Assembly (NCBI GenBank): GCA_043819795.1
Contig: JBDREN010000153.1
Location: 1 to 26,439, forward strand
From: Elusimicrobiota bacterium
GTDB taxonomy: Bacteria > Elusimicrobiota > Elusimicrobia > UBA1565
Direction of reading: 5' to 3'
Length of the DNA stretch: 26,439 bases
Shown here piece by piece: positions 8,702 through 18,328 of the stretch. A program made the translations under genes and the position numbers. The number at the start of each line of letters is the position of its first letter. The stretch's first letter is position 1. The notes beneath the pieces are model-generated. The model was not told the origin of the DNA, searched no databases, and saw nothing but the letters and a program-made list of their open reading frames with translations.

Positions 8702-8730
8702 ATGCTAACTTTTTTCAGGCCAAAAGTCAC
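8702..8730 (-). promoter_or_regulatory. Possible sigma70 promoter GTGACT-N17-TAGCAT for the SDR-channel pair
   Basis: -35 at 8730-8725, -10 at 8707-8702, A-rich 17-nt spacer. Confidence 0.45.
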
Positions 8731-9578
8731 GGGGCGCGCAAAAGCCGGCCCCGCAGCGCGGAGATGAGCTTCCTCCGGAAGGCGTCCTCCAGACGGCCCT
8801 TGAGAACCTCTCGGATGGGACGCGTGCGCTCCAGCCAGGCGGGATAGTCCTCCACCTCCATCTCGAAGCCCTCGATGTAGGCGTGGGAGCCTTCTTCCTC
8901 CACCCGCCAGCCCCGGTCCTCGTCCGGCACGATCCGCACGTGGCAGAACAGGCGCACGCTCTCGATAGCTACCGTCCGGTTGTAAGGCCAAACGAACCTT
9001 CCCAGCAGCCTCCCCCCCATGCGGAAGCCGCGCAGGGACAGGACGAACGAGCGCCCTCCGTCGCCCGATACGACGAAGTCGATCTCCGGGTCGTCCCAGG
9101 AGACATGTTCGATGAAGAGCTTCCCCTTCAGGAAGAATCCCAGCCGCGCCCGCTCGAGCACGAGCGGCACCCCGATGAGCGGCCCCGCGGTGGCCGGGTC
9201 CGCGTAGAGGGCTGCCAGCTCGCTCAGGGGAAAGGCCGGAGGCGTGCCCTTGGTGAAGCCCTTGACCGCCAAAAGCCTCGCGCCGAAGCTCGCCTCGTAG
9301 CGAAGGTCCTTTCGCCGGAAGGACAACCGGTAGTCGCGGGGGAGATCCGGCAGGTCCGAGAGGCGGCGGACCTCGCGTCCCGTCACCGCCAGCAGCCTGT
9401 CCCCGGCGGAGACCCCCGCGTCGGCGGCCGGCGAGCGGGGCTCCACGCGCGTCACGGCCAGCCCCCCGTCCCGCTCGGCCAGCTCCAGCCCGGGTCCCCA
9501 CTGCGCCTCGGTCCGGACGGCCGCGAGCGCGAGAGCCCCGGCCAGCAGGCAGGCGATGAATCTGGAATCTCCCGTCAT
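8727..9578 (-). CDS. Secreted PDZ-domain protein with uncharacterised C-terminal domain
   Basis: Signal peptide FIACLLAGALALAAVRTEA, then GLELAERDGGLAVTRVEPRSPAADAGVSAGDRLLAV (PDZ signature). Start taken at ATG 9578. Confidence 0.75.
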   Translation of the reverse strand: MTGDSRFIACLLAGALALAAVRTEAQWGPGLELAERDGGLAVTRVEPRSPAADAGVSAGDRLLAVTGREVRRLSDLPDLPRDYRLSFRRKDLRYEASFGARLLAVKGFTKGTPPAFPLSELAALYADPATAGPLIGVPLVLERARLGFFLKGKLFIEHVSWDDPEIDFVVSGDGGRSFVLSLRGFRMGGRLLGRFVWPYNRTVAIESVRLFCHVRIVPDEDRGWRVEEEGSHAYIEGFEMEVEDYPAWLERTRPIREVLKGRLEDAFRRKLISALRGRLLRAP

Positions 9579-10091
9579 CAAGATGGAAATCGGTCGGTGG
9601 ATCGCCGCATGCTGCTGATCGCCGCGTCGGCGACATGCCGCATCCGACAATCATAGTAATATTCGGCTCCGGGCACGCAGGCACGGGCGGGCATACGCGC
9701 CGCCCGCGCGGACTATTCCCCGGCACCCGGCCAACAGTCCGGCCGGACGCGCGCACGATTCCCCGAGGCCCGGCCAAGACGAGCCGGCTAGGCCGCTTCT
9801 TTGGCCCCTCCCCCGCGCGGGGGGTGGTGCCGGACTTTAGACTCCCGCGTGGAGAGTGAAAAATACAGTATTCTAAACGGGAATTTTTTTAAAAACTCCG
9901 GGGCCAGTGAAGCAGATGCTCGGGTGACGCCGGAACGCGACAAAACCGAGCCCGCGAGCCCAAGCCCCACAAGAATGCCTCCGGGATCGCGCCCGAGATC
10001 CGGCAAGCGCCAAATGCGGCGGCAGGGCCCGCCCTAGGCATCGCCCCGAGCGAAGTCGACGGGCCCCGTCGAGCGGGAACGCGCGGGGGTC

Positions 10092-10138
10092 TTGACAGGA
10101 GCGTATCAGTGTGCTATCCTATTATCACATTATCACAC
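10092..10138 (+). promoter_or_regulatory. his operon promoter TTGACA-N17-TATCCT with overlapping operator-like repeats
   Basis: -35 at 10092-10097, -10 at 10115-10120; TTATCACA tandem at 10122-10129 and 10130-10137; inverted near-copy TGTGCTA at 10110-10116. Confidence 0.8.
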
Positions 10139-10142
10139 TCCC

Positions 10143-10427
10143 ATGGAACCGCCCCAAGAGAAGAAGCTTTACGAGGCCCTCCTGAGCCTCCGCGACGCCT
10201 CCGCGTGCGAGCGCTTCCTCGCCGACCTGTGCACCCCCGGCGAGATCCACGCGATGGCGGAGCGGTGGCTCGTGGCCAAGCTCGTGGACAAGGGCATCCC
10301 TTATCGGAAGATCCACGAGAAGACGGGAGTCAGCACGGCGACGATCACCCGGGTGGCGCGGGCCCTCGTCCACGGCCGCGCGGGCTACCGGCTGGTGCTC
10401 GACCGGATGAAGGAGAAGCGGATATGA
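10143..10427 (+). CDS. yerC: YerC/YecD family TrpR-related repressor (putative HisR)
   Basis: LYEALLSL..CERFLADLCTPGEIHAMAERW.VAKL..GIPYRKIHEKTGVSTATITRVAR. The true start is ATG 10143; the track's TTG 10092 is the -35 box. Confidence 0.92.
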   Translation: MEPPQEKKLYEALLSLRDASACERFLADLCTPGEIHAMAERWLVAKLVDKGIPYRKIHEKTGVSTATITRVARALVHGRAGYRLVLDRMKEKRI

Positions 10428-11320
10428 CCCGGAGAAAACGGATCCGGATGGCGATGCAGAAGAACGGGCGGCTCAGCGAGAAGTCCACCTCCCTGCTCGG
10501 ACGCTGCGGCCTGGAGTTCGGCTGGAGCAAGGACCGCCTGTTCAGCAAGTGCGAGAACTTTCCCCTCGACCTGACTTTGGTGCGCGACGACGACATCCCG
10601 GAGTACGTCTGCGACGGGGTCTGCGAGCTCGGAGTGGTGGGGCTCAACGTCCTCAAGGAGAAGCTGCTCGCCAGGGGCGCGGACAAGCCCGGACGCGCGC
10701 GCGTCCTCAGGAGGCTCGGCTTCGGCCACTGCCGGCTCTCGTTGGCCGTGCCGGCCGACCGTCCCTACAGGGGCGTGAGAAGCCTCAAGGGGACGCGGAT
10801 CGCGACCTCCTATCCGGCGACCCTCCGCGAGTTCCTGAGAAAGAGCAAGGTCGAGGCGGACATCGTCGAGATCAGCGGGTCGGTCGAGATCGCCACGACC
10901 CTGGACATCGCCGACTGCGTCTGCGACCTGGTCTCGACGGGCACGACGCTGCGCTCCAACGGCCTCAAGGAGGTGGAGACCGTATTCGAGAGCGAGTGCG
11001 TCCTGGCCCGGACCGGACTGCCGCTGAGCGCCGGGCAGGAGCGGACCGCGGCCCGCCTGCTGCAGCGCATCGACGGCGTGATGCGGGCCGCCGATGCCAA
11101 ATACATCATGCTCAACGCGCCCGCCGACGCCCTCTCCTCCCTTAAGAAGGTCCTCCCGGGGATGGAGGAGCCCACGATCATCCCGCTAGGCGGCGACGGC
11201 AAGAGGGTCGCGGTCCACGCGGTGGCCTATGAGCCCGTGTTCTGGGAGACGATGGAGAGGCTGAAGGCCGCGGGCGCGAGCTCGATCCTCGTGGTGCCGA
11301 TCGAGAAGATCATCGCATAG
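10424..11320 (+). CDS. hisG: ATP phosphoribosyltransferase, long form
   Basis: AMQKNGRL, VRDDDIP, IATSYP, GSVEIA, DLVSTGTTL; C-terminal regulatory domain ending GASSILVVPIEK. Confidence 0.98.
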   Translation: MTRRKRIRMAMQKNGRLSEKSTSLLGRCGLEFGWSKDRLFSKCENFPLDLTLVRDDDIPEYVCDGVCELGVVGLNVLKEKLLARGADKPGRARVLRRLGFGHCRLSLAVPADRPYRGVRSLKGTRIATSYPATLREFLRKSKVEADIVEISGSVEIATTLDIADCVCDLVSTGTTLRSNGLKEVETVFESECVLARTGLPLSAGQERTAARLLQRIDGVMRAADAKYIMLNAPADALSSLKKVLPGMEEPTIIPLGGDGKRVAVHAVAYEPVFWETMERLKAAGASSILVVPIEKIIA

Positions 11321-11322
11321 CC

Positions 11323-12636
11323 ATGTTCGCCTCGAGACCCGTCCGTTGGAGCGAGCTCACAGACGAGCGGAAGCGGGCCCTGCTGCGCCGCCCTTCGCTG
11401 CGCAGCCGCCCCGGCCTGGCGGCCCGGGTGGGGCGGATCATGGGCCAGGTCCGGGAAGGCGGCGACCGCGCGCTCAAGCGCCTGACCAAGCGCTACGATC
11501 GCGTCTCGCTGGAGTCGTTCGCCGTGGAGCCCGGCGAGATCGAGCGGGCCCCCTCCCGGCTCCCGGCCGAGGATCGGACCGCCCTGGAAAGGGCCGCCCG
11601 GCAGATCGAAGCTTTCCATCTTCGGCAGGTTCCCGTCCCCATCGACCTGGAGGTCTGCCCCGGGGTCCGCTGCATGAGGCAGCCGCGGGCCGTCGCCCGG
11701 GTCGGGCTCTACGCCCCGGGCGGGACCGCGCCGCTTCCCTCCACCGTCCTGATGCTCGGAGTGCCGTCGAAGATCGCGGGCTGTCCGCTCAGGATACTCT
11801 GCACCCCCCCCGGCAAGAACGGGACGGCGGACCCGTCCATCCTGGCGGCCGCCCGGCTCTGCGGCATCGAGCGCGTGTTCACGGTCGGCGGGGCCCAAGC
11901 GGTCGCGGCCATGGCATACGGCACGGAGTCGGTCCCGAAGGTGGACAAAATATTCGGTCCCGGCAACGCCTGGGTCACGCAGGCCAAGATCCTGGCCGCC
12001 CAGGACCCCGAGGGAGCGGCCTGCGACATGCCGGCCGGGCCCTCGGAGGTGCTGGTGCTGGCCGACGCCGCGGCGGACGCCTCGTTCGTCGCCTCCGATC
12101 TGCTCTCCCAGGCCGAGCACGGGGGCGATTCCCAGGTAGTCCTGGTCGCCACGGACCCCGGCCTTCTGAAGAGAGTCGTGAAGGAGACCGAGCGGCAGCT
12201 CAAGTCCCTGCCGAGGAAGGCCGCCGCCGGCGAGGCCCTGCGCCGAAGCCTCCTCATTCTGGCCGAGGACGCCGATGAGGCGCTGGATATCTCCAACATG
12301 TACGCCCCCGAGCACCTCATCGTGCAGATGAAGGACCCCGGAGCGCTCGTGCCCGGCATCCGGAACGCCGGCTCCGTGTTCCTCGGCCCGTGGTCGCCCG
12401 AGTCCGCGGGGGACTACGCGAGCGGCACGAACCACGTGCTGCCCACCTACGGCTACGCGCGCGCCTACGGGGGCGTCGCGGTGGAATCCTTCATGAAACA
12501 GATCACCTTCCAGGAGCTCTCCGCCGAGGGGCTGATGGACATCGGGCCGACCGTGGAGAGGCTCGCGGCCCTGGAGGGCCTTGGCGCCCACAAGAAGGCG
12601 GTATCCATCCGCCTCAAGGCGCTCCGGAGGAGATGA
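11323..12636 (+). CDS. hisD: Histidinol dehydrogenase
   Basis: GLYAPGG.APLPSTVLM, GGAQAVAA, KIFGPGN, DMPAGPSE, SQAEH, PEHL, GDYASGTNHVLPT. Confidence 0.98.
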   Translation: MFASRPVRWSELTDERKRALLRRPSLRSRPGLAARVGRIMGQVREGGDRALKRLTKRYDRVSLESFAVEPGEIERAPSRLPAEDRTALERAARQIEAFHLRQVPVPIDLEVCPGVRCMRQPRAVARVGLYAPGGTAPLPSTVLMLGVPSKIAGCPLRILCTPPGKNGTADPSILAAARLCGIERVFTVGGAQAVAAMAYGTESVPKVDKIFGPGNAWVTQAKILAAQDPEGAACDMPAGPSEVLVLADAAADASFVASDLLSQAEHGGDSQVVLVATDPGLLKRVVKETERQLKSLPRKAAAGEALRRSLLILAEDADEALDISNMYAPEHLIVQMKDPGALVPGIRNAGSVFLGPWSPESAGDYASGTNHVLPTYGYARAYGGVAVESFMKQITFQELSAEGLMDIGPTVERLAALEGLGAHKKAVSIRLKALRRR

Positions 12637-13709
12637 TGAAGGCTCCGCTCTCCCTCGCCCGCAAGGACGTCCTCGAGCTCACGCCGTACTCCTCGGCGCG
12701 CAGCCTGAACCTGGAGGCGGACATCCTCCTGGACGCCAACGAATGCCCTTGGCCGCCCTGTCCGGGAGACGACCGGGCCTTGGGCCTGAACCGGTATCCC
12801 GACCCGCAGCCGAGGGCCCTGCTTTCCGCCCTGAGCGCGCTCTACGGGGTGCCGGAGGAAAGCCTGTTCCTCGGGCGCGGCACCGACGACGCCATCGACG
12901 CCTTGGTCCGCACGTTCTGCCAGGCGGGAGAGAACGACATCCTCGTCTGCCCGCCGACCTACGGGGTCTACGGCGTCGCGGCCCGGATCCAGGGCGCCGG
13001 CGTGCGCGCGGTCCCTCTGACGAAAGAGCCGGCCTTCCAGCCGGACGTCCCGGCCATACTCCGGGCCTGGGACCCCAGGCTGAGGCTGGTATTCTTCTGC
13101 TCCCCGAACAACCCGACGGGCAACGCGATGGACGCGGATTCCGTCGTCGAGGTCTGCGAGGCCTTCCGCGAGAAAGCGGTGGTCGTCCTGGACGAGGCCT
13201 ACGCGGAGTTCTCATCCAAGCCGAGCCTCATCACGCGCCTCGAGGGGCTGCCCAACCTGGTGATCCTGCGCACGCTGTCGAAAGCATGGGCCCTGGCCGG
13301 AGCGCGCTGCGGCGCGGCGCTCGGCGACCCGCGGATCATGGGGCTGCTCCACAAGGTACGCGCGCCCTACCCGCTGAGCCTGCCGTCCGTGCGGGCCGCG
13401 CTTCGCGCCCTGTCGCCGCAGGGCAAGCGCCTGTGCAGCGGCCGGGTCAAAAGGCTGAGGTCCGAAAGGGAGCGCCTGGCCGGGGCCCTGTCGGCCCTGC
13501 CGGGCGTCGAGAAGGTGTATCCTTCGGACGCCAACTTCCTCCTGGCTAGGGTGAAGGACGCCGGAGAGGTTTTCGAGCGCTGCAAGTCACATGGGATCCT
13601 CGTGCGGGACCGCGGCTCCGAGCCCGGCCTGTCGCGCTGCGTGCGGATCACCGTGGGACGGCCGGAGGAGAACGACCGTCTGCTGGACGCCTTGGAGCGG
13701 GAGGACTGA
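12633..13709 (+). CDS. hisC: Histidinol-phosphate aminotransferase
   Basis: YSSAR, LDANE, NRYPDPQ, CSPNNPTG, DEAY, LRTLSKAWALAGAR.G (PLP Lys). Confidence 0.97.
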   Translation: MMKAPLSLARKDVLELTPYSSARSLNLEADILLDANECPWPPCPGDDRALGLNRYPDPQPRALLSALSALYGVPEESLFLGRGTDDAIDALVRTFCQAGENDILVCPPTYGVYGVAARIQGAGVRAVPLTKEPAFQPDVPAILRAWDPRLRLVFFCSPNNPTGNAMDADSVVEVCEAFREKAVVVLDEAYAEFSSKPSLITRLEGLPNLVILRTLSKAWALAGARCGAALGDPRIMGLLHKVRAPYPLSLPSVRAALRALSPQGKRLCSGRVKRLRSERERLAGALSALPGVEKVYPSDANFLLARVKDAGEVFERCKSHGILVRDRGSEPGLSRCVRITVGRPEENDRLLDALERED

Positions 13710-13713
13710 TCCG

Positions 13714-14787
13714 ATGGGACTTCAGAAGATACTCTTCCTTGACCGCGACGGCACCTTGATCCGCGAGCCCGCCGACGAGCAGGTGGACAGCCTGGAGAAG
13801 CTGGAGCTCGTGGACGGCGTCATCGGCGCGCTCCTCAAGCTGCGCGACCACGGCTACCGCTTCGTCATGGTCAGCAACCAGGACGGCCTGGGCACCTCGC
13901 ACTACCCGCGGGAGGACTACGAGAAGGTGCAGGCGGCCGTGCTGCGGTTGTTCGGATCGCAGGGGATCCGCTTCGACGCGGTCCACATCTGCCCGCACCG
14001 GCCGCAAGACGGCTGTCCCTGCCGCAAGCCGAACCTGGGCATGGTACGCGACTATATCGGCCGCGGGGACCTGGACATCGGACGCTCCTGCGTCATCGGC
14101 GACCGCGACACGGACCTCGAGATGGCGAAGAACATGGGCCTGCGCGGGTTCCGCCTCGGCGCGGGCGAGGATTCCGGATGGGAAGCCGTCGCCGCGCGGC
14201 TGATCGCCGAGCCGCGCACGGGCCACGCCGAGCGGAGCACCAAGGAGACGAGGATCTCGGTCGCCGTGGACCTGGACGGGCCGGGCGGCTGCGACATCTC
14301 AACCGGCATCGGCTTCTTCGACCACATGCTCGAGCAGCTCTCCAAGCACGGAGGTTTCGCTCTCGCCCTCCGGGCCGAGGGAGACCTCCGAGTGGACGAG
14401 CACCATACCGTCGAGGACGCCGCCCTCTGCATCGGGGAGGCGCTCAAGCAAGCCCTCGGCGACAAGACGGGCATCGGGCGCTACGGCTTCCTGCTTCCCA
14501 TGGACGAGGCGGAGGCCCAGGTCTCGATCGATCTCTCGGGACGGGGCTCGCTCTCGTTCAAGGGGTCATTCCCCCGGGAGCGCGTCGGGGAGCTCCCCAC
14601 CGAGCTCGTCCCCCATTTCTTCGGCTCCCTGGCGCACGCGATGGGAGCCACCATGCACATCAAGGTGGAGGGAGAAAACGCCCACCACATGGTGGAGGCT
14701 TGCTTCAAAGGCGTGGCTCGCGCCCTGCGGACGGCGCTCGCCCGCTCCGAGGGCGCGGATATCCCGTCCACGAAAGGGACCCTGTGA
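13714..14787 (+). CDS. hisB: Bifunctional histidinol-phosphatase / imidazoleglycerol-phosphate dehydratase (HisNB)
   Basis: HAD domain FLDRDGTL, SNQDGLG, CPH..C.CRKP, IGDR.TD, fused to IGPD TGIGFFDHML, DEHHTVED, PMDE, NAHH, PSTKG. Confidence 0.98.
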   Translation: MGLQKILFLDRDGTLIREPADEQVDSLEKLELVDGVIGALLKLRDHGYRFVMVSNQDGLGTSHYPREDYEKVQAAVLRLFGSQGIRFDAVHICPHRPQDGCPCRKPNLGMVRDYIGRGDLDIGRSCVIGDRDTDLEMAKNMGLRGFRLGAGEDSGWEAVAARLIAEPRTGHAERSTKETRISVAVDLDGPGGCDISTGIGFFDHMLEQLSKHGGFALALRAEGDLRVDEHHTVEDAALCIGEALKQALGDKTGIGRYGFLLPMDEAEAQVSIDLSGRGSLSFKGSFPRERVGELPTELVPHFFGSLAHAMGATMHIKVEGENAHHMVEACFKGVARALRTALARSEGADIPSTKGTL

Positions 14788-15371
14788 TCGCGATCATCGA
14801 CGCGGGAGGCGCCAACTTCGCCTCCATCACCAACGCCCTCGAGCGCCTGGGCACGCCGGGGCGGCTGACGAAGGACCCCGAGGTCATCGGCCGAGCGGAC
14901 CACGTGATCCTTCCCGGGGTGGGCGCCGCCGCGGACTCGATGCGGCGGCTGCGCGAGACGGGCCTCGTGGAGGTCATCCGCCGCCTGCAGCGCCCCTTGC
15001 TCGGGATCTGCCTGGGCATGCAGCTGTTGTTCGCCCGCTCGGAGGAGGGCGAAACGCACTGCCTCGGCGTCCTGCCCGGATGCGTGCGCCGCATGGAGGG
15101 CGGCCCCGGCCTGTCCATCCCGCATATGGGATGGAACCGCGTCCGCCGCACCGGGTCCAGCTTCCTCCTGAGCGGCGTCCCCGACGAGAGCCACTTCTAT
15201 TTCGCGCACTCCTACCAGGCACCCGAAGGCCCCTGGGTGCGCGGCACGGCCCGGCACGGCCGCGCCTTCCCGGCGGTCGTGGAGAGCGGCAACTTCTTCG
15301 GGGTGCAGTTCCATCCCGAACGCTCCGCCGACGCCGGGGCCACGATCCTGCGGACCTTCCTGACCCTATGA
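14784..15371 (+). CDS. hisH: Imidazole glycerol phosphate synthase, glutaminase subunit
   Basis: ILPGVG, GICLGMQ, PHMGWN, YFAHSY, QFHPE; GTGA overlap. Confidence 0.97.
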   Translation: MIAIIDAGGANFASITNALERLGTPGRLTKDPEVIGRADHVILPGVGAAADSMRRLRETGLVEVIRRLQRPLLGICLGMQLLFARSEEGETHCLGVLPGCVRRMEGGPGLSIPHMGWNRVRRTGSSFLLSGVPDESHFYFAHSYQAPEGPWVRGTARHGRAFPAVVESGNFFGVQFHPERSADAGATILRTFLTL

Positions 15372-16096
15372 AGATCTACCCGGCCATCGACCTCATCGCA
15401 GGAGGATGCGTGCGCCTCAGCCAGGGGCGCTTCGACCGCAAGACCTCCTACGCCGCCGATCCCGTGGAGGTCGCCAAGGGCTACGCCGCGCAGGGAGCGC
15501 GCTATCTCCACGTGGTGGACCTCGAGGGCAGCCGTTCGGGAGAGGGCCGGCAGACCGACACGATCTTTCGCATCGTCCGAGAGAGCGGGCTCAAAGCGCA
15601 GGTGGGAGGAGGCGTCCGGAGCCCGGAAGCCGCGGAGCGGTACCTGGCGGCCGGCATAGACAGGGTGATCTTCGGAAGCCTCGCCGTCAAAGACGAGGAC
15701 GCCGTGAAGCAAGCCCTGCGGAGCTTCGGCCCGGAGCGCGTCACCCTGGCCGTGGACGTGAGGATCCAGGAGGGCGGGACGCCGCTCGTCGCCGTCTCGG
15801 GCTGGGAGGAGCCGGCCGCGCTTTCCGCCTGGGAGCTCATCGAACGATTCCGCGACGCCGGGCTCAATCACGTCCTATGCACCGACATCGAGCGCGACGG
15901 CACCGGGAGAGGCCCCAACGTCCCCCTCTATCTGGAGATGGCGCGCCGGTATCCGGAGCTGGAGGTCCAGGCCTCCGGCGGCGTGGGCTCCCTGGACGAT
16001 CTGCGCGAACTCAAGCGCTCGGCGATCCCCTCGGTCATCATAGGGAAGGCCCTGCTCGACGGGCGCTTCACGCTGGAGGAGGCCCTCCGATGCTGA
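15368..16096 (+). CDS. hisA: ProFAR isomerase
   Basis: [40 protein letters not shown]. Confidence 0.97.
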   Translation: MKIYPAIDLIAGGCVRLSQGRFDRKTSYAADPVEVAKGYAAQGARYLHVVDLEGSRSGEGRQTDTIFRIVRESGLKAQVGGGVRSPEAAERYLAAGIDRVIFGSLAVKDEDAVKQALRSFGPERVTLAVDVRIQEGGTPLVAVSGWEEPAALSAWELIERFRDAGLNHVLCTDIERDGTGRGPNVPLYLEMARRYPELEVQASGGVGSLDDLRELKRSAIPSVIIGKALLDGRFTLEEALRC

Positions 16097-16857
16097 CCAA
16101 GCGCATCATCCCGTGCCTGGACGTACGCGACGGGGTCGTGGTCAAGGGCGTGCGCTTCAAGGACCACCGGGTCGTGGGCGACATCCTCGAGCTGGCGAGG
16201 CACTACCGCGAGGCCGGCGCCGACGAGCTGGTCTTCTACGACATCACGGCCAGCAGCGAGGGGCGGACCGTCTCCCAGGATTGGGTGAGGGAGACCGCCA
16301 GGCTCCTGGATATCCCCTTCTGCGTGGCGGGAGGCATCCGGACCCGGGAGGACGCCCGCCGGACGCTGAACGTGGGCGCCGACAAGATCTCGATCAACTC
16401 CCCCGCCCTGGAGCGGCCCGAGCTGATCACCGAGATCGCCGAGGACTTCGGGTCCCAGTGCGTGGTGGTGGGAGTGGACTCCAAGCGCGAGGGCGGGGAC
16501 TATTTCGTCCGCCAGTACACGGGCTCCGAGAAGACGATCCGGTCCGCCGGCCGCAGGACGCTCGATTGGGTCGTGGAGGCCGAGGAGCGCGGCGCGGGAG
16601 AAATCGTCCTCAACTGCATGGACATGGACGGGGTGGGCAAGGGCTACGACATCGAGCAGCTCCAGGCCGTCCGGGAAAGGATCGGCATCCCGCTGATCGC
16701 CTCCGGCGGGGCCGGCGAGGCCCGGCATTTCGCGGACGTCTTCAAGCGGACGGGGGTGGACGGCGCCCTCGCGGCCGGGGTCTTCCACCGAGGAGAGCTG
16801 GCTATCGCCGACCTCAAGCGCGTCCTAAAAGAAGCGGAGGTCGAGGTGCGGATATGA
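16090..16857 (+). CDS. hisF: Imidazole glycerol phosphate synthase, cyclase subunit
   Basis: [48 protein letters not shown]. Confidence 0.98.
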   Translation: MLTKRIIPCLDVRDGVVVKGVRFKDHRVVGDILELARHYREAGADELVFYDITASSEGRTVSQDWVRETARLLDIPFCVAGGIRTREDARRTLNVGADKISINSPALERPELITEIAEDFGSQCVVVGVDSKREGGDYFVRQYTGSEKTIRSAGRRTLDWVVEAEERGAGEIVLNCMDMDGVGKGYDIEQLQAVRERIGIPLIASGGAGEARHFADVFKRTGVDGALAAGVFHRGELAIADLKRVLKEAEVEVRI

Positions 16858-17468
16858 AGAGCAAAGACCTTGGAGCGCTCGCATGGCGGAAGATGGGCGA
16901 CCTTCTGCCCGCCGTGGTGCAGGACGCGGGGACCCGGCAGGTCCTCATGCTGGGCTACATGAACCCCGAGGCCCTGGCCAAGACGCTGAAGACGGGCCTC
17001 GTCACCTTCTACAGCCGGTCCAAGAAGCGCCTCTGGCAAAAGGGCGAGACGTCCGGGAACACCCTGCGCCTGGTCGACATCGTCCGCGACTGCGACTCGG
17101 ACGCCCTGCTCGTCTCGGCGGAGCCGAAGGGCCCGGCCTGCCACCGTGACACCGCGAGCTGCTTCGCAGAGGAGGCCGCCCCCGGCCTCGGTTTCCTGGG
17201 AAGACTCGACGCCCTCGTTGAGGATCGCCGCCGGGAGATGCCCGAAGGGTCGTACACCTCCAAGCTCTTCAAGGAGGGCGTGGACCGCGCCGCCCAGAAG
17301 GTAGGCGAGGAGGCGGTGGAGGTCGCCATCGCCGCGAAGAACCCGGACCGGGATGCTCTGGCCGCCGAGGCCGCGGACCTGCTCTACCACCTCATGGTGC
17401 TGCTCCGCTGCCGGGACATGTGCTTATCGGACGTGATCGAGGTGCTGCGGCGGCGGCACCGGGCCTGA
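16854..17468 (+). CDS. hisIE: Bifunctional phosphoribosyl-AMP cyclohydrolase / phosphoribosyl-ATP pyrophosphatase
   Basis: [59 protein letters not shown]. Confidence 0.97.
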   Translation: MKSKDLGALAWRKMGDLLPAVVQDAGTRQVLMLGYMNPEALAKTLKTGLVTFYSRSKKRLWQKGETSGNTLRLVDIVRDCDSDALLVSAEPKGPACHRDTASCFAEEAAPGLGFLGRLDALVEDRRREMPEGSYTSKLFKEGVDRAAQKVGEEAVEVAIAAKNPDRDALAAEAADLLYHLMVLLRCRDMCLSDVIEVLRRRHRA

Positions 17469-17485
17469 GCCTCGGCGCGACCATC

Positions 17486-18298
17486 ATGCGCGATCTCGCG
17501 GGAAAGACCGCCGTGATCACCGGCGGGGCCGGGGGCCTAGGCCGCGCGGTCGCTCTGCGCCTGGTGAAGACCGGAGCCAAGGTCGCGCTCTGGGACCTCG
17601 ACGAGGAGCGCCTTGGGCGCGCGGTCGCGGAGCTCCGAGAATCCGGAGGCGAGGCGCGCGGGTACGCCCTCGACGCGGCCGACCCGGCCGCAGTGCGCGA
17701 AGCCGCCGAACGGGTCCGCGCCGAGCTCGGCCCGGTGGACCTCCTCCACAACAACGCGGGGATCATCTTCCCCGGCGGCTTCCTCGATTCCTCAGAAGAG
17801 CAGCTCCACAAGACGGTGGACGTCAACCTTAAATCCTATCTCTGGTGCACGAAGGCCTTCCTGCCGGCGATGGTCGAGCGAGGCTCGGGCCATATCGTGA
17901 TGACGGCCTCGGCCGCGGGGCTTTTGGGAGTGCCGGAGATGGCGGCCTACAGCGCGACCAAGCACGCGGTCGTCGGCCTGGCCGAGTCCCTGCGCCTGGA
18001 GCTGCGCAACAAGGGCGTTCGCGGGGTCGGCATCACGATCGTCTGCCCGAGCTTCATCGCGACCGGGATGTTCGAGGGGGCGCGCCCCCCCCTCCTCACG
18101 AGCTGGCTGACGCCCGAAGGCGTCGCGGAGAAGATCGTGGAGGCCGTGCGCAAGGACCGTCTCTATGTGCGCGAGCCCTTCCTGGTGAAGCTCGTCCCGC
18201 TGATCAAGGCCCTCCCCTCGGCGCGCTTGCGAGACTGGCTGGGTGACATCATCGGCATGCACCGATCGATGGAGTCCTTCCGAGAGAAGCAGCGCTGA
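17486..18298 (+). CDS. Short-chain dehydrogenase/reductase (17betaHSD11/RDH10-like)
   Basis: TGGAGGLG, NNAG, KAFLPAM..GHIV, YSATKHA, CPSFIATGMF; ATG 17486. Confidence 0.92.
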   Translation: MRDLAGKTAVITGGAGGLGRAVALRLVKTGAKVALWDLDEERLGRAVAELRESGGEARGYALDAADPAAVREAAERVRAELGPVDLLHNNAGIIFPGGFLDSSEEQLHKTVDVNLKSYLWCTKAFLPAMVERGSGHIVMTASAAGLLGVPEMAAYSATKHAVVGLAESLRLELRNKGVRGVGITIVCPSFIATGMFEGARPPLLTSWLTPEGVAEKIVEAVRKDRLYVREPFLVKLVPLIKALPSARLRDWLGDIIGMHRSMESFREKQR

Positions 18299-18328
18299 GG
18301 CGCGAGGCGACCGCTTGGACCGCCGGTC

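Noticed and set aside
9788..10037. Small ORFs (72 and 78 aa) in the intergenic region
   Set aside because: No SD, no recognisable motif, and they cross an AT-rich regulatory-looking tract.
10098..10142. hisL-type attenuator leader
   Set aside because: No His-codon run after a start codon and no terminator/antiterminator; the leader is too short.
11227..17468. Long antisense and alternate-frame ORFs over the his genes (similar ones occur across the window)
   Set aside because: Shadow ORFs expected from high GC3; Arg/Pro/Gly-rich with no family motifs.
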